Positions 39,983 to 54,084 are shown, counted from the first letter of the stretch. The stretch: DNA of 64,000 nt from Octopus sinensis (GCF_006345805.1 NC_042997.1:170004001-170068000); one strand, 5' to 3'. The notes: generated by a model not told the origin, from the letters alone. Made by a program: numbers and translations.

Positions 39983-41784
39983 GTCAGTTTCTAACATTAT
40001 CTGCCACCAAAATTACCTACAGGTTTTGTTTTTATTTAATTTTTTTTTAATGTTATCAACTATATGATTAATTCACCAGCATTCCAGTTTGTAATAATGC
40101 CATCTTGAAGAATATTCAATATAACTAGTTATAAAATATTATCTTAATTATAACTACATCAGCAGTTTAGAAAAAACTAAAAATTTCAAACAATAAAGAT
40201 GAACCTGTATACAGGTAACATGGCATGTTAAAAATAACAGCCAGATTCTTCTCATATCACACTTTACTGTATTAAAAATGGAAGGAAAGGACATTTTGGA
40301 CACTGTAGTTTTAGATGTATTGTGTTTGTCAAAAGTTCTGGGATTTGTTACACTGGTAATGTATTTTATCACAGATTGGTTCAATTAAAGCTGAGCCGGG
40401 ATTAAATAACGTCAAAACTAACCTTAACAATACATAAAACCAGGCTTGTCTAATCAATGTTTATCTACTTCAGTAAATTTTTAATATCCTCTTCTAAAGT
40501 AGATATTAACTTCTTATACTTAATCAACACTTAGGAAAAAAGAAGCAGGTATTTAGATTTTGTGGTTGTCATAAATGTACTAACAAAATCCATGAAATTA
40601 AATGCTTATAACTATAAATCAAAATTGTCAGTCTTCTACTCAATTCACAAGACAATGTTATTTTTCTGTTTATTGAAAAATGTTTTATTTTAGTCATTTA
40701 GTTCTTTTTCTTTTTCTGCAAAGCACCTGTGAATTATTAACTTTTGATTAATTTAGTATGTTAAGTAGCTCTATATATTATATAAGCTTTGATGTATTTC
40801 ATTTTAGTGTCAGAACATTTCTTTTATATCATTAATTGTCTTTGAAAAAGTATGAATGCCTCAGCATCCAGTGTGGAACCTTGGGCAAATGTCTTCTATT
40901 ATAGCCCCAAGCCAGCCAAAGTCCTTTGAGTGGATTTGGCAGATGGAACCTCAAAGCAGCCTGTCATGTATGCATGTATGTGTGTAACCTTGTTTAGTTA
41001 TCATGTGATTAGAATTATCATCATGTAAGGTTGTTTGTTTCCTGTTTTCCATGTCTGGCTTTGGAAAAGTATTACTTTGCTTGAAAACAGGTGACAGTAG
41101 GTAACAGAACGGGCATGCAGCCAGAGAAAATCTGATGAACAAATTTCGCCCGACCTATACAAACTTGGGAAAGTGAATGTTAAATGCTGATGATAAAATG
41201 CAAACTCTTATTTCCCTGTTAGATGGAAGACTGATGTTTGTACAAATAGAAAAATGATTTTAAATGTTTTCCAATATTTTGTTCAGTCCTTCTCCCATCT
41301 GAGTTTAGTTTATGCCAAAACTAACATTGTCTTTACTCTTTCTCTCACAATCAATAAAATAAGCAAGCACTCCTATAAAATAATTGAATCTGTACAAAGT
41401 CAATTGTACAGAAAGCTGTGGGTTTTTGTGCCACTGCTGCTGTGCCAGCTTAGTGAAATGTTTTACAGTTTGAAATCTAGTGTTTGGCTCTTCTGACTTC
41501 AAGTCATGCTGAAATCAACATTCCATTTCATTCCTCAAGATAATAAATATCATCCACAAATCAATTGACTGTATTGCTGAATTCTTTCCGCTTCAAAATG
41601 CTCCTGCTTGGTTGTAGCTATCTGTCTTCTATTACATTACTTACAACATTGAGAAAATTATGAAGGGTTCACAGTTTTATTTCCCTCTTTTTTGTGCATG
41701 TGAGGGCCTTGTAGTTCCATGTAAGATGTCTTTGTTCTTATATGAAAATAGTTTATCATTACGATATATATTTCTTTTTCCCAG

Positions 41785-41953
41785 TGAACTTGCTCAACAG
41801 CTACCATTGGAAGTAAGCCCTCATACAATGGACTCATCACATACAAAGACAAACCTACTCCTTCAGGCTCATTTCTCTACTCTTACACTACCCTCCTCCG
41901 ATTATTACACTGACACAAAATCTGTTCTTGACCAAGCAATTAGAATTCTTCAG
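41785..41953 (+). CDS. ASCC3: ASCC3 exon D (ELAQQLPLEVSPHTMDSSHTKTNLLLQAHFS...DYYTDTKSVLDQAIRILQ)
   Basis: Acceptor tttttcccag, donor gtaagt; 169 nt. Sec63 motifs HTKxxLLLQAH and DTKSVLDQAIR. Confidence 0.96.
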
Positions 41954-42053
41954 GTAAGTTATTCTCCTTTGGTCTTCTCCAGACATTGTTCTGCCTCAAA
42001 GAAAAAATGAAACTAAAAATGAAGAAATTTTTTATTTTTATTCCCAAACTTAA

Positions 42054-42271
42054 CCCTTTTGATATCAACCTGACTGAAGCTGCCACTGGTCCATGATATG
42101 ATCTTTTTTATTTAAAGTGGTTTAAATTAAAATATTCTGTCAAAATATGTTAACTTATGTTCCAAATATCAGTTTAATAACATCAAAGTTATGTTACTAA
42201 ATTTTTAATTATTTTCAAGATTAATTGAAACAAATGTGGTGTAATTCAGCAGAAATATGCTAACTAAAGGG
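42054..42271. mobile_element. piggyBac-like MITE, second family
   Basis: TTAA-CCCTTT...AAAGGG-TTAA; degenerate relative at about 29637-29880. Confidence 0.7.
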
Positions 42272-42409
42272 TTAACATTTATATTATTCATGCTGTTTAA
42301 TTTAAATTTTCATTAAACAATCTGCTACTGTTGCATACTTTATTAGAAAGAACATTAATGATCAATCGTTGCATTGTTACACTGAAACAAGTTGTCAATG
42401 TCAACAATG

Positions 42410-42640
42410 TTGCCTTCATCGTCATCATTATCATCATCGCAATCACCATCGTCACCATCACTACCACCACTCCACCATCCTCCTCCTTAGCATCATTCAT
42501 CACCACCACTACAACCATCCTCCTTTACATCATCATTGTCACCACCACCTTCATCATCAGCACCACCACCACCACCATCCTCATTATCATCATCATCATC
42601 ATCACTATCTCCTTATTACCGTCATCATCATCACCACCAA
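42410..42640. repeat. Degenerate (CAT/CAC)n microsatellite
   Basis: Trinucleotide tract that generates spurious poly-His, poly-Thr and poly-Ile ORFs. Confidence 0.9.
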
Positions 42641-45600
42641 CTACAACATTGTCTCTTGTCTTTTAATTATTTTCTGAATCTGCAATACATCTTCTCATGG
42701 GGTGTCTGAATCTCATAGCATCACCTCTGGGGTTTGGATGATAATTATGTACACTTTTAACTCCTTTGTCAAAAATGAACATGTATATTGGCATTAGGAA
42801 GGGCATCCAACCACAGAAACCATGCCAAATCAGACTGGAGCCTGATGCAGCCCCTCAGCTTACCAGCACTGGTCAAACTGTCCAACCCATGCCAGCATGG
42901 ACAACAGATGTTAAATGATGATGATGATGATGACAACAATATTTAGATTAAATTTTGACTTGTTTCAGTCATTTAGAAGTTTGAGTTCTAATTTCAAACC
43001 CAACTTGGAGTGAATGCACATATTCAGGAATAAAACAATTTATATACATAAATAAATATAAATTTGTAGCTGTGTGTGTGTGGTAAGAAGCCTGCTTGTC
43101 AACCACATGGTTTCAGGTTCAGTCCCACTGGGCAAGTGTCTTCTACAATATATCCTCAACCAACCAAAGCTTTGTGAGTGGACTTGGTAGATGGAAACTG
43201 AAAGAATCTCATTGTGTGTGTGTTTATGTTTGTCCCCCACCACTGCTTGACAGCCAATGTTGGTTTGTTTACATTCCCATAACTTAGTGGTTTCGCAAAA
43301 GAGACTAATAGTATCAGACTTAAAATTAAGTACTGAGGTTATGTTGTGCAACTAAACCCAGTGAAGAGGTGGCCCTGCATGGCCACAGTCCAATGACTGA
43401 AACATCATCATCATTGTTTAACATCTGTTTTCCATGCTGGCATGGGTTGGACAATTTAACAGGAGTTGGCCAAGCAGTAAGCTGTCTAGACTTCAGATTG
43501 TTTGTTGTGGCATGGTTTGTACAGCTGGATGCCCTTCCTAAGTGCCAACCACTTAACAGAGTGTGCTGGGTGTTTTTTACATGCCACCACCACCTGTAAA
43601 GGACAAGCCTGTATGTATGGATGACAGCGATTTTACTTGGCTTGATGCGTCTTCTCAAGTACAGCAGATTGCTACAACTCCAGGTCCCTTGTCATTTCCT
43701 CAGTGGGGCCCAGCATCTGAAGGTTCTTTCTCACCACTTCACTTCACAACTTCCTGGTTTGACCTCTTCCACAAGTTCACTCCACAATTAGAGCTCAGCA
43801 CTTCTTTAAGTAAACATAAAAGCTATAAATATACAAATACATTCTAAAACTAATGCTAATTGTCTTGTAAAATATCAGCTAAGTAACTATAACTCATCTC
43901 AGAACATAGGCATTTAAGTTTCATCTGTGAATTCCATCTTATCTCACTTTTCCCGTGTCTGTTGAGCCAAGAAAGAGCTTCTGTATGGTCTCTTGGCCTG
44001 CTAAACATGGAAGCCATATCACCCTCAAACCATCCTATCATCATAAATATGGACACATTAGATAATGCATGAAGTAAAAAATGCCTAGAAAAAATCAGGA
44101 TGGTCATGGCTAGAATACCTTTGTATCGTAAGCCTGCTTGATCATAGCTAACCTGGGGCTAAACAACAACTACCACCCATGTCTATTTTCATTTATCTCT
44201 GCCATATATTACACATTCAGGCCATTAATTATCCACTTTATGTGCTTATGAAATGCACTGAAGGTTTCCTCTTCGGAGTTTATCCCATCCCTGTTCATTA
44301 ACTGCAATTAAATGAAGACCTGGGGAAGGAATTAATAAATTTTGTTGCTAGAAATAGCATTCAAACCAGAGGCTTTTGGAAATTTGTTTATGCTAAGAAT
44401 AAAGAAATTGTAAAATGCAAATAATATATTCTTTTCTACTGTAGGCATAAGGCCCAAAATTTTTTTTTGGGGGGGGGGGCAATCGATTAGATCGATCCCA
44501 GTACGCAACTGATATTTAATTTATCGACCCCGAAAGGATGAAAGGCGAAGTCAACAGATTGCATAAAGGAAAGCCTTAATGCTATCTATATTATTTATAA
44601 CTATAATGGGTTATGAGTACTAGCCTGGATAAAGTAGGGGTTCAATGTGGTCACTTGACCTGCTAGAAATAGCAATGAAATCTTCCTCAAATCACACCCT
44701 GCTGTCTTGAAAAAGAAAGAATATACTTGGTGACAAACAAATATAAAAGAAAACTGAAATGGTTAAGGCTGGAATATCTGTGATTACAGTTCTGCTCAGT
44801 GGCACTTGATATAGAGTTAAACTACTAACTGGTTCTGTTTTGCTTTTAGTTCCTCTTATTACTAATCCCTACATGAAGATAAAACACTTCTATTTTGCCT
44901 TTTTCTTCTCTGTGTATGTTTGCGCACGCGCATGAGGTGATAAAGCGTTCGCAATGTTTTATAAATTTAGATGGTAATGATAAAGGGAGGTAACCTTCTA
45001 GCACCAAGATTCCCAAATACCTTTTTAATACGAAAAACATAGAAAATACAATAAGAGAAAAAAATCTATAGTACTGATAGTTTTTCTTTTCCTTTATATT
45101 TTTTATTGTTGTATAAAAATTAAAGGAATTACCTATTGATATAATTTTGGTATATTTCTTAATAAGGGATTCCAAAATTGATACATAACCTATTTGTTAG
45201 GGAAAAGAGTGAATATTAACTCCTTTTAATACGTTTTATACCTTAATTCACCAAATATTTCCTTACTTTTATTTGAAATATTGAAACCCTTAAATATATT
45301 TTAAACATGTGGTTTGGGGTTCAGTCCTGCTGCACAGCACCTTGGGGAAGTGTCTTCTACTATAGCACCAGACCAACAAACGCCTTATGAGTAAATGTTG
45401 TTGGCAGAAACTGCTTGGAAGCCCATCTTGTGCATATCTTTTATCTATTGCTTGTTTCAGTCATTAGACTGCGGCCATGGTGGGGCACTGCCCTGAACAA
45501 TATGTTTTTTAGTCAAATGAGTTGACCCCAGTAATTATTGTTAAGTATAGTATTTATGCTATCGGTCTCTTTTGCTGAACCACGAATTTACAGGGACATA

Positions 45601-47447
45601 AACACACCAGCACCTGTTGTCAAGCGGTGGGGGGGGGGGACAAACAAAGACACATACGCATAAATATATATGTGGTTGGACTACACTCACGGAGTGGTTG
45701 GCATTAGGAAGGGCATCCAGCTGTAGAAATACTGCCAGATCAGACTGGAGCCTGGTGCAGACTCCTGGCTTCTCAGACCCCGGTTGAACCGTCCAACCCA
45801 TGCTACCACGGAAAACGGACGTTAAACAATGACGACCACGTATGTGTGTGTGTGTGTATACACACATACACAACAGGCTTCTTTCAGTTTCCATCTACCA
45901 AATCCACTCACAAGGCTTTGGTTAGCCTAAGATTATAGTAGAAGACACTTAACCTAGGTGCCACGCAGTGGGACTAAACCCAGAACCATGAGGTTGGGAA
46001 GCAAGCTTCTTACCACAGAGGCATGTGATGGTACAGGGCGTAGTGGTTAGGCTGATGCACTCATGATTGCTAGTTCATGGATTCAATTCCCAGACCGGGC
46101 AGTGCATTGTGTTTTTGAGCAAAGCACTACATTTCACATTGCTTCAGTCTCCTTTCAATCCATTGAGAGTGTTGGCCTGCTTACCTAGCCATTGGGGTGG
46201 CATCATTTGATGGCTGAAACAATGCAAAGTGCATTGTGACCAGGGATGTGTAACAGCATTTGATAGTCTAGTTAGTCATGTGATATATGTCTATGTTTTT
46301 ATCTTTGTTTCGGTGTTAGTCACACACACCCCACCACTACCACCACTTCACAACTGCTGTTTATTTACATCCCTATGACTTAGTGGTTTGGCAAAAGAGA
46401 CAAGTGGAATCTGTACCAGATTTTTTTCTAAAAAGAAGGAAGAACTTAATTACTGGCTCAGTTTGTTTGACTAAAAACCCTTCGTGGTGGTGGTGGTGGT
46501 GGTGCCCCAGCATGCCTGCAATCCAGTGACTGAAACAAATATAAAAGATAAAAGGTTGTACAGTGTAAAAGAATGACAGAATAGTAGTGGGGGGAAAAGA
46601 ATAGTAAATGAATATTGATTTTAAATTTTGGCTCAAGGTCAGTGATTTTGGGAAAGGGAAGTAAGTCAATTACATTGAACCTAGTACTTGTTCTATCAAC
46701 CCTAGAGGATGAAAGGCAAAGGGGACCTCAGCAGAATTTGAACTCAGAGCATATAAAAACAGATGAAATATTGCTAATCATTCTGCTAGTTTGCCACCTA
46801 TTTTGTGAATAAAAAAATGGTCTCAAATTTTGGCACAAGGCCATCAATTATATTGACTCCTGTGTTCAACTGGTATTTATTTTATTGACCCCCCAAAAGG
46901 ATGAAGGGCAAAGTTGTCCTTGGCAGAATTTGAACTCAGAACATTCAGACGAAACATCACTAAACATTTTGCCCAGTGTGCTAACAATTCTGCCTGTTTG
47001 CTCTCTCTTTGGTTAGTAAATATTAAAAGTATATAAAGTATAAACTGCATCAGGTTAATCTAACAGGGAACATATCCAGGTGCTTTTAGTTTGAATAAAA
47101 TGAATTATTGAACTTGGGAGCAGAGAAAGTAAATCTACCTCAGCAGCTGTTGTTGAGAGGTTTTATGTAGTCAATCAGCCAAATAGAATTAGCGACCAAA
47201 TATATTGGAAATCATACTGCTCTGTTTTATAAAAGAGTGAAGGATGCATTGGATGAAGTAGTCCTGGATTAACATAATGTTCAGAGATAAAGCAAATGGA
47301 TTTAATGCATTTGGTATAGGTTTGTTCAATAAGGGCTGACCTTGTTTAAACAAGCACTTCACTTGAATCATATTATTAGAATTTTGTTCCTCTTTCTCTC
47401 CTTCCATCACTATTACTGCAATGATGTACATTACTGTTGCTGCTGTT

Positions 47448-47484
<37 letters not shown>

Positions 47485-48677
47485 GTGTGTGTGCCTCTGT
47501 GCATGTATGTGTGCCTCCGTGTGTGTGTGTGTAAAGGTTTGAAGTAAGAATAGAGTAGATATGCATGGCTTAGTTCAAAATATACATACTTGTGATGTAC
47601 ACAGCTATTTACAGATAGAACTACCTTGTGCTAGAATCAAACTTGTTTCACTCAGTATACTTCTATCTTGTCAAAATCAACATAAAAACTTTATATAAAG
47701 TATTTTATCTAAGGATGATAACTTGAGTTATAAGTTATGTCATATCATTGAAAACAACATCAATTAAATGCTTGTTTTTTGCTCTCATGCTTAATATATT
47801 GTAACCTTGACACACATTACAGAGATTAACAGAATTCAGAAAATATTCTTTGAATGATAATTTAGGGTCATATTAATGTGTAAATATTATAAATCAGATA
47901 AATTGCCTGCAGAGTAATAGGAACTAGTTATTCTTGGAAGTCATAGTGATATTTTTAATGTTACTTGTAAGTTCCTAACCATTCATGTACCAGAATTTAG
48001 AAATTGATTTATTCTTATTGATATTGACCTCACTTTTTTAATTCATTATCATCATTTATATCCCGTATCCATACTTGCATGAGGAAGAGGACTCATCATG
48101 GTTCAAGTTCTTGTTCAGAGTTACTTGCTCACATATCTCAGTTTTTGTATGCTTTTTATGACTGGATGCCCTCCCTAACACTAACCACTTTACAGAGTGT
48201 GCAGGGTTCATTTTATCATAGCACCAGCACTTGAGAGGTTGTCATGTCTTCATCAAGACTAAAGTATCTTCTCAGTTCATATGTTCTCTCAGTTCAATTA
48301 GCCAACTATTTTGTAGACAGCACCGGAGGATTTTATCATAGTACCTGCACTAGTGAGGTTGTTTTGTATTTCACAAGTCTATAAAGCTCCTAAAATAAGA
48401 GGAAGAATAGAAAAGGGAGTGGTGATAGAAGCTGAGCTTATGGTAAGACTGTGAGAAAAGCATAAGTATGATGGAGAACAAAGTTATTTATCTGAGTGTG
48501 TGACAGAAGAGAGATTAATAGAAAAAAACATGCTGAGAGTTGGGTATTATTTTTAAAATGATTTATATGCAAATTTGTTTGTACTTATACCTTTTTATTT
48601 AAATTTTTTTTTTTCAGAATGAAATTTATTGTAACATAACATTGTAAAGTGATATCTTTTATTAAACTCATTTGTAG

Positions 48678-48829
48678 GCCCTTCTTGATACCAGTGCTGA
48701 TCAAGGGTGGCTTGTGACTAGTATGTGTATCATCAACCTACTTCAAATGGTTCTACAAGGGCATTGGTGTCATGAGTCAACCTTACTTTGTTTGCCACAT
48801 ATCATGACTTATCATTTGGAGAGTTTCAG
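48678..48829 (+). CDS. ASCC3: ASCC3 exon E (ALLDTSADQGWLVTSMCIINLLQMVLQGHWCHESTLLCLPHIMTYHLESF-R)
   Basis: Acceptor tttgtag, donor gtaagc; 152 nt. QGWL...QMVxQGxW motif. Confidence 0.95.
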
Positions 48830-49199
48830 GTAAGCAACAAAACAACTTAAGACAAACAATGTGGATCAAACCTTGATTTACTTCCACTAGGAAAAAGTTA
48901 AACAGTTCCAAAAGCTGATTGTTCTAGAGAAAATGGAGGATCCAATAACCTTTTGAGAATATGGGAAGAGAATTATCATCTATTATATATTGTTTTCTAA
49001 TATGAGCACAAGTTCACAAATTTGGGAAGAAAGGATGATAATATCTACATGGATCTGTTCTTGGTCCTCTAGTGTTTGTTGCATATATTAACAAAATAGA
49101 TGCCAACTTCATTTCTGTTCCTGAGTTTAGACATGCACATAACATTAAGCTATACCTGGGGATCATATATGGTATAGACCTTTCCTACACATAATCCTG

Positions 49200-50130
49200 T
49201 AATGGACTGTTGGCTGTAGACAAGTGCATCAATATACATTTTGGGTACAAAAAAAAACATGGAATTTGCCTACTTCCAACTCAGCTTCTACTTTAAAAGT
49301 CTGCTGGTGAATATAGGGAGAGTTTACGAAAAAAACAAAAGATGAAGACAGGTGGTGTACAAAACAAACAGATGTATTAGTATAATGCTCAGGAATAGAA
49401 AAAGTCTTTTATGTTTCGAGCTTACGCTCTTCTACAGAAAGGGACACAGAAAAAAACAAGGAGAGAAAAAAAAATGTGTGTAGTGGCTAACGATCTATCA
49501 TGGTGAATATAACTTAGGCATTAATGTCAACAATCAGCTATGTTGGATAAACCACATTTCCAAACTTGTAAAAAAAAATCTAAGGCATCATTCAATAAGA
49601 CCATTTGCCAGCTGCTCACTAGCTATATATTTAAAGCTACATATGGCTATAGTACATCCACAGTTGCAATTTCCATCTCCAATTTGGAACCCCCATCTTG
49701 TCCAGAAACCAGATGAATTCTCTCCATCTGTCACTACGTCTTGAGCAGCTTCTTTATCTAGATGTAACACACTAATGCTTCAATGTCTTGTCATCTTTTC
49801 ATCAACAGTATTGACCAGTTTTAATTCAGTATTTCTGCCACCTATGAATAAACTCATAAAGTCAAAAAAACAGTATAGTACCCATGACTTTTGGAAACGC
49901 TTTTTGAATGCTCATAATTGTCAAAACATGGAATAATTACCTGCACTGATTGTCAGGACCCTGCATCCTTCAAAAACTCCATGCTTCCTGAAATTTTACA
50001 GCACTATCCCTGATGTGCCAGTGTTTCCTTCCCTCTTTGACTTGATTTATTGCTGCTTTCTGTTTTTGCTTTAATCTTTTTCTGTTGAGTTGTACTGCAC
50101 CTGAGCACTGTATGCAAATAAGCTCAATAT
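49200..50130 (+). mobile_element. CR1-type LINE 3' remnant
   Basis: LAVDKCINIHFG, LKLHMAIVHPQLQFPSPIWNPHL, HKVKKQ and WNNxP are decayed CR1 ORF2 C-terminal motifs. Confidence 0.6.
49316..49500 (-). mobile_element. Second copy of the Penelope-like repeat, nested in a CR1 fragment
   Basis: Flanked by direct repeat TGGTGAATATA (49305-49315 and 49501-49511). Minus strand CUUU-CUGUAGA-a-GAGC-GUAA-GCUC-GAAACAUA^AAAG. Confidence 0.65.
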
Positions 50131-50776
50131 TATTACACTAATGCCAGAAAGATGAAAAGTAATGTCTATTCTAGCAGGATTTGTACTTAAAACATAAAAA
50201 GATGTAACCAAATAACACATGGCATTTTGCCCACTGCTCTCTGATTTTGATAGTCTACCATCTTTTTTATCAGCTGTAATATATTAACAAATGAATGATG
50301 TCAGTTATATCCTGGTTGTGAGGATATTTCCATGGCTAAAGTGTGTAATCTATTGAACAGAAATATATCAGGAACATTCTCATAGTTCTGTATTTTTATT
50401 GATTAAAACTGACAAAGATATAAAAATAACGATGAATAAATTACTATGTCTGGAGTTAATTATAGAAGTAGTTTTTGCTATAAGATTGCAAGTTGTAAAG
50501 AATTCAGTTTGATCAAAATAACAATTTAGGATTAAAGATTTGAATAGTATAAATAGATGAGAAATCCTTAAGGAAACAAACTTGTTTAATGAAGGTTCTA
50601 AACCTGAGAAATTTTGATAGCCAAAAAATATTTGTGGTACAATTACAAGAATTAATGTGCCAAAAAGCATGTAGCCATTCTGATTTGGTTTGTTATGTAA
50701 AAAAATTAATTTCATTAGAATTGTTTTCTTAAACATCTAATTTTATATTTTGTTTTATTTTGATAAATAAAAACAG

Positions 50777-50894
50777 GAAACCTAACGGTAATTTAATTGA
50801 ATGTTTACCTGAATTAATGGCATTGTGTGATGGCAAGTTCGAAGTGTTGTTTTCAATGTTGAAAGATGAAATGCGTCGAGCCCATATTGAACAG
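50777..50894 (+). CDS. ASCC3: ASCC3 exon F (KPNGNLIECLPELMALCDGKFEVLFSMLKDEMRRAHIEQ)
   Basis: Acceptor aaaacag, donor gtaagg; 118 nt, phase 2/0 fits. IExLPEL matches the ASCC3 helix-loop-helix segment. Confidence 0.88.
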
Positions 50895-51636
50895 GTAAGG
50901 AGATGGCTTCCAATATTCTTACAGTTTTTTTGTATCATCATAGCCTGAACTTATTATTTATCATGATTTATTGTCTTTATCAAAATATATTCTTAAAAAG
51001 AGAAATTACTTGATGTTGTAATTTTTGGTTCTAAGATTATGTTTCTATTTTCCCTTCTGATTTTTTAATATAAAACAAAAGTAAATGCTGGAATTCATCT
51101 GTAGTTCTCTTCTATAGCAGATCATTTTCACTCTTTTTATAAATATTAACCTTATTTTCATCATTGGGTGGACGGCAGAATTGATATGTTGGACAAAATG
51201 TTGTGTTACACTTGGTTTCATTCCATTGATTATATTTTGCTTTTGATTCTTCCAAGCAAACTAAAATGACTACCAGTTTTGTCTTAATAGACTAATTCTA
51301 GAAGAAGAGGGCCCCAGTATGGCCTCAGATCAATGACTGAAAAATTTTCAAAAATATAATATCAACAATTCAATCCTTTACTTGAAAACCTCTAAAATTG
51401 AAATAATTTTTCTAGTGAAAGAGGACCCACAAATGGAAATTTTTTTAAACCACACAGAAAGGCTTTTTTAAGAAAGGGAGTAAGTGGGCATAAAATGAAA
51501 TTATAAAATGTATAACCAACTGAATTTGAACTATAACAAGCAGATTACATTTAATGAAAAGCAAAACACTCCGAGAGCAAAATTGTTATATGTGTGATAC
51601 TTGGCTAGTGCTAAATTTATGTAAAACCACCTCTAT

Positions 51637-51678
<42 letters not shown>

Positions 51679-52248
51679 CTGAGTATGAAAAATGTAAATG
51701 GATAAAATGTTTAGACTTTGGTTGCACACCTAAGCTGTTCTCTGTAATTAAGCAGGGGAAAATGTTCAGTGTTGGTAAGAACTCTGGAAAGTGAAGAGCT
51801 TTTGTTAAATGACCATCCTTTCTACACAACTATAGAGGTGAACTAACAAGAAAACCTCTACACAGTCACATGACCTGTTAGATATAGCAGCCAAATCTCC
51901 CTCAAACTGCACTGTACTGACTTAAAGAAAAGATCATCATCATATTAAATGGTTACAATTGGAATGCTTTTTAATCATACAATTGGAATGCTTTTTACCC
52001 AATCAGAGTTGACCAAGAACTATACAACAACAATTGTTATGGCCTTTGCATTTTGAAACTGGATGATCTCATGCCTTCTCCCCTTGAGTATTTCTGATTC
52101 ATCCTTCCTCTCATCAATGATATTGTGTCTAGGTCCTGTTGTAATAACTATGTCTAGCCCATCCTCAGCAGAATATTGATCCTCTGCAATTCCTTTCCTG
52201 AACATGTTTTACAACTGTTCAGAAACATTAACCACATCATCTCACCAG

Positions 52249-52377
52249 TACTAGCATAGTTAGGGTGTGTGCTACACAGGACAGCCCTTCATTTTGCCAC
52301 CCTTGGACCCCAACAAAGAATACATATTATCTATTGCATACCCAAAAGTGGTGCCACCCCCTCTAGCTATGCTAGTG
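52249..52377. mobile_element. hAT-like MITE
   Basis: TIRs TACTAGCATAGTTAG and CTAGCTATGCTAGTG; perfect 8-bp TSD CTCACCAG. Confidence 0.88.
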
Positions 52378-53224
52378 CTCACCAGTCTCAAAGGGCTTAC
52401 AAAGGATATGTGTGCAACTCCTTCCTTTATACTAAATCAATGAAAATATTTAAAAAGTTTGAATAAAAAGATTTAGGGTAGTTTCATTTTGGAGTCAATA
52501 AAGGAAAAAAATTAAAATCTCAAAGTAAAGTCTACAACCAGATTTAAATTCTTAATTCACGGTTTGAACCTTGTCAATCTCTAGCAATGACTGATCTTAT
52601 GTTTGTCAACTGCAAGGAAAATCTTTGGCTAGGTCCCACTAATGGTTGATTAGATGAGTGAGTGATCAAAACTCATCAAAGCTTTGAAGCCAATTATAAA
52701 ATCATAGCTCATAATACATTCATTGAGGAACTTGAAATCCTTTCCAAATGTATGTTTATTCCTCCAACTATTCTAACAGCAAAATTTAGGATAGAATTCC
52801 TGTGAAAATCAAAGATTTTAATTTCATTACAAAACCGGTACTGGTTGAATTTAAAATTTATAAGTATTGTTACAAACAAGCTTAAATTGTAAATTTAGCA
52901 ATTTAAACTTTGCCAGTCACTCAAAAAAGTTAAATGGCTTCTTCAATATACTGTAAAAAAATGATTAGTATCAAAATAGGCAGCACACGTAATGGAAATT
53001 TCAGATAAATTTAGCACTTCACAAGAAACAATGTTTGTAATCAGGAGCCAGTCTCTATAAACTGATTGTTATTTCATTTGAAGTTGTGTATATATATGTG
53101 TGTGTGTGTGTGTATTTATATATATATATGTATGTATATATATATATATTTACATATATATGTATATATATGTGTGTGTATATATATATATATCATCATC
53201 ATCATCATCGTCATCATAATTTAA

Positions 53225-53850
53225 ATAATTTGGGAAACAAATTTCCAAATCAATCAGGTACAAGCCTTTAGCATTACATACATCTGCATATCATACAGTG
53301 GGGTCTTGATTATCATATATTTATATATTTATCTAGAAATATACAAAATCTATAATAGAAATCAATAATAATTCAGTTTTTGGAATTAATAGATATGCGG
53401 GTATTCTATTTCAGATAATACAAAAAGATAACCTAATGAGTATATCTGAAGTTAAACTCAAGGTATCTATTTGTACATCATGAAATAAAACGGTATTAAA
53501 GTGTTATTCTTAGGTGTATTATATCTCGACCCTATCATATGCCTTGAGAAAGGTATATATGTCATTTGAAGAAGTCAAAGTGGTGTTGGCCACAAGGAAG
53601 TCTATTATAAAATATAAAGATAAAGTACGGGCAAGAAAAGACGCAAGAGATTGTTTTGATACACCCATGGGTGTCCCTGATTCTGCCCAAGTTACCAATC
53701 TTTTATCTGAACTAGATATAGAATTTACAAATATAGAGGGTGGTCTTTATAGGGACAACCTAATACTTATAACCAGGAACTGTACTAATTGGTCATTAGA
53801 ATACCTTAAGAAGAAAATGTAGAAGTTCTTTAAGAATTATGGCCTAAGTA
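53225..53850 (+). mobile_element. Penelope-like reverse transcriptase fragment
   Basis: FDTPMGVPDSAQV and GGLYRDNL resemble the PLE RT motifs FDVxMGxxDGAE and GLYRDD. Confidence 0.6.
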
Positions 53851-53969
53851 CTAGGGTCATTTTCTTCAACTAAAATTCTTCAAGGTGTTGCCCCAGCATG
53901 GCCACAGTCTAATAACTGAAGCAAGTAAAAGATAAAAGATAGCTTTAATGTACTTTATTCTCTTTTAAG

Positions 53970-54084
53970 GTGTATCAAATCCTAACAAAACTACCACAGT
54001 TGGAAGTCAAGATGCATCTAAAAAAGAATGCATCAGATGATGGTGCAGATGAAAATCAGACGGTAGAAATTGCCATTACTGCAG
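53970..54084 (+). CDS. ASCC3: ASCC3 exon G (VYQILTKLPQLEVKMHLKKNASDDGADENQTVEIAITA-G)
   Basis: Acceptor tcttttaag, donor gtaaca; 115 nt, phase 0/1. LxxLPxxxV marks the start of the Ig-like fold. Confidence 0.87.

Noticed and set aside
42297-42677. Poly-His, poly-Thr/Ile and poly-Val ORFs
   Set aside because: Translations of a CAT/CAC microsatellite in several frames; no splice or homology support.
44921-44932. NRF1-like TGCGCACGCGCA as an internal promoter
   Set aside because: Isolated motif with no CpG island or other support; may belong to an unrecognised repeat.
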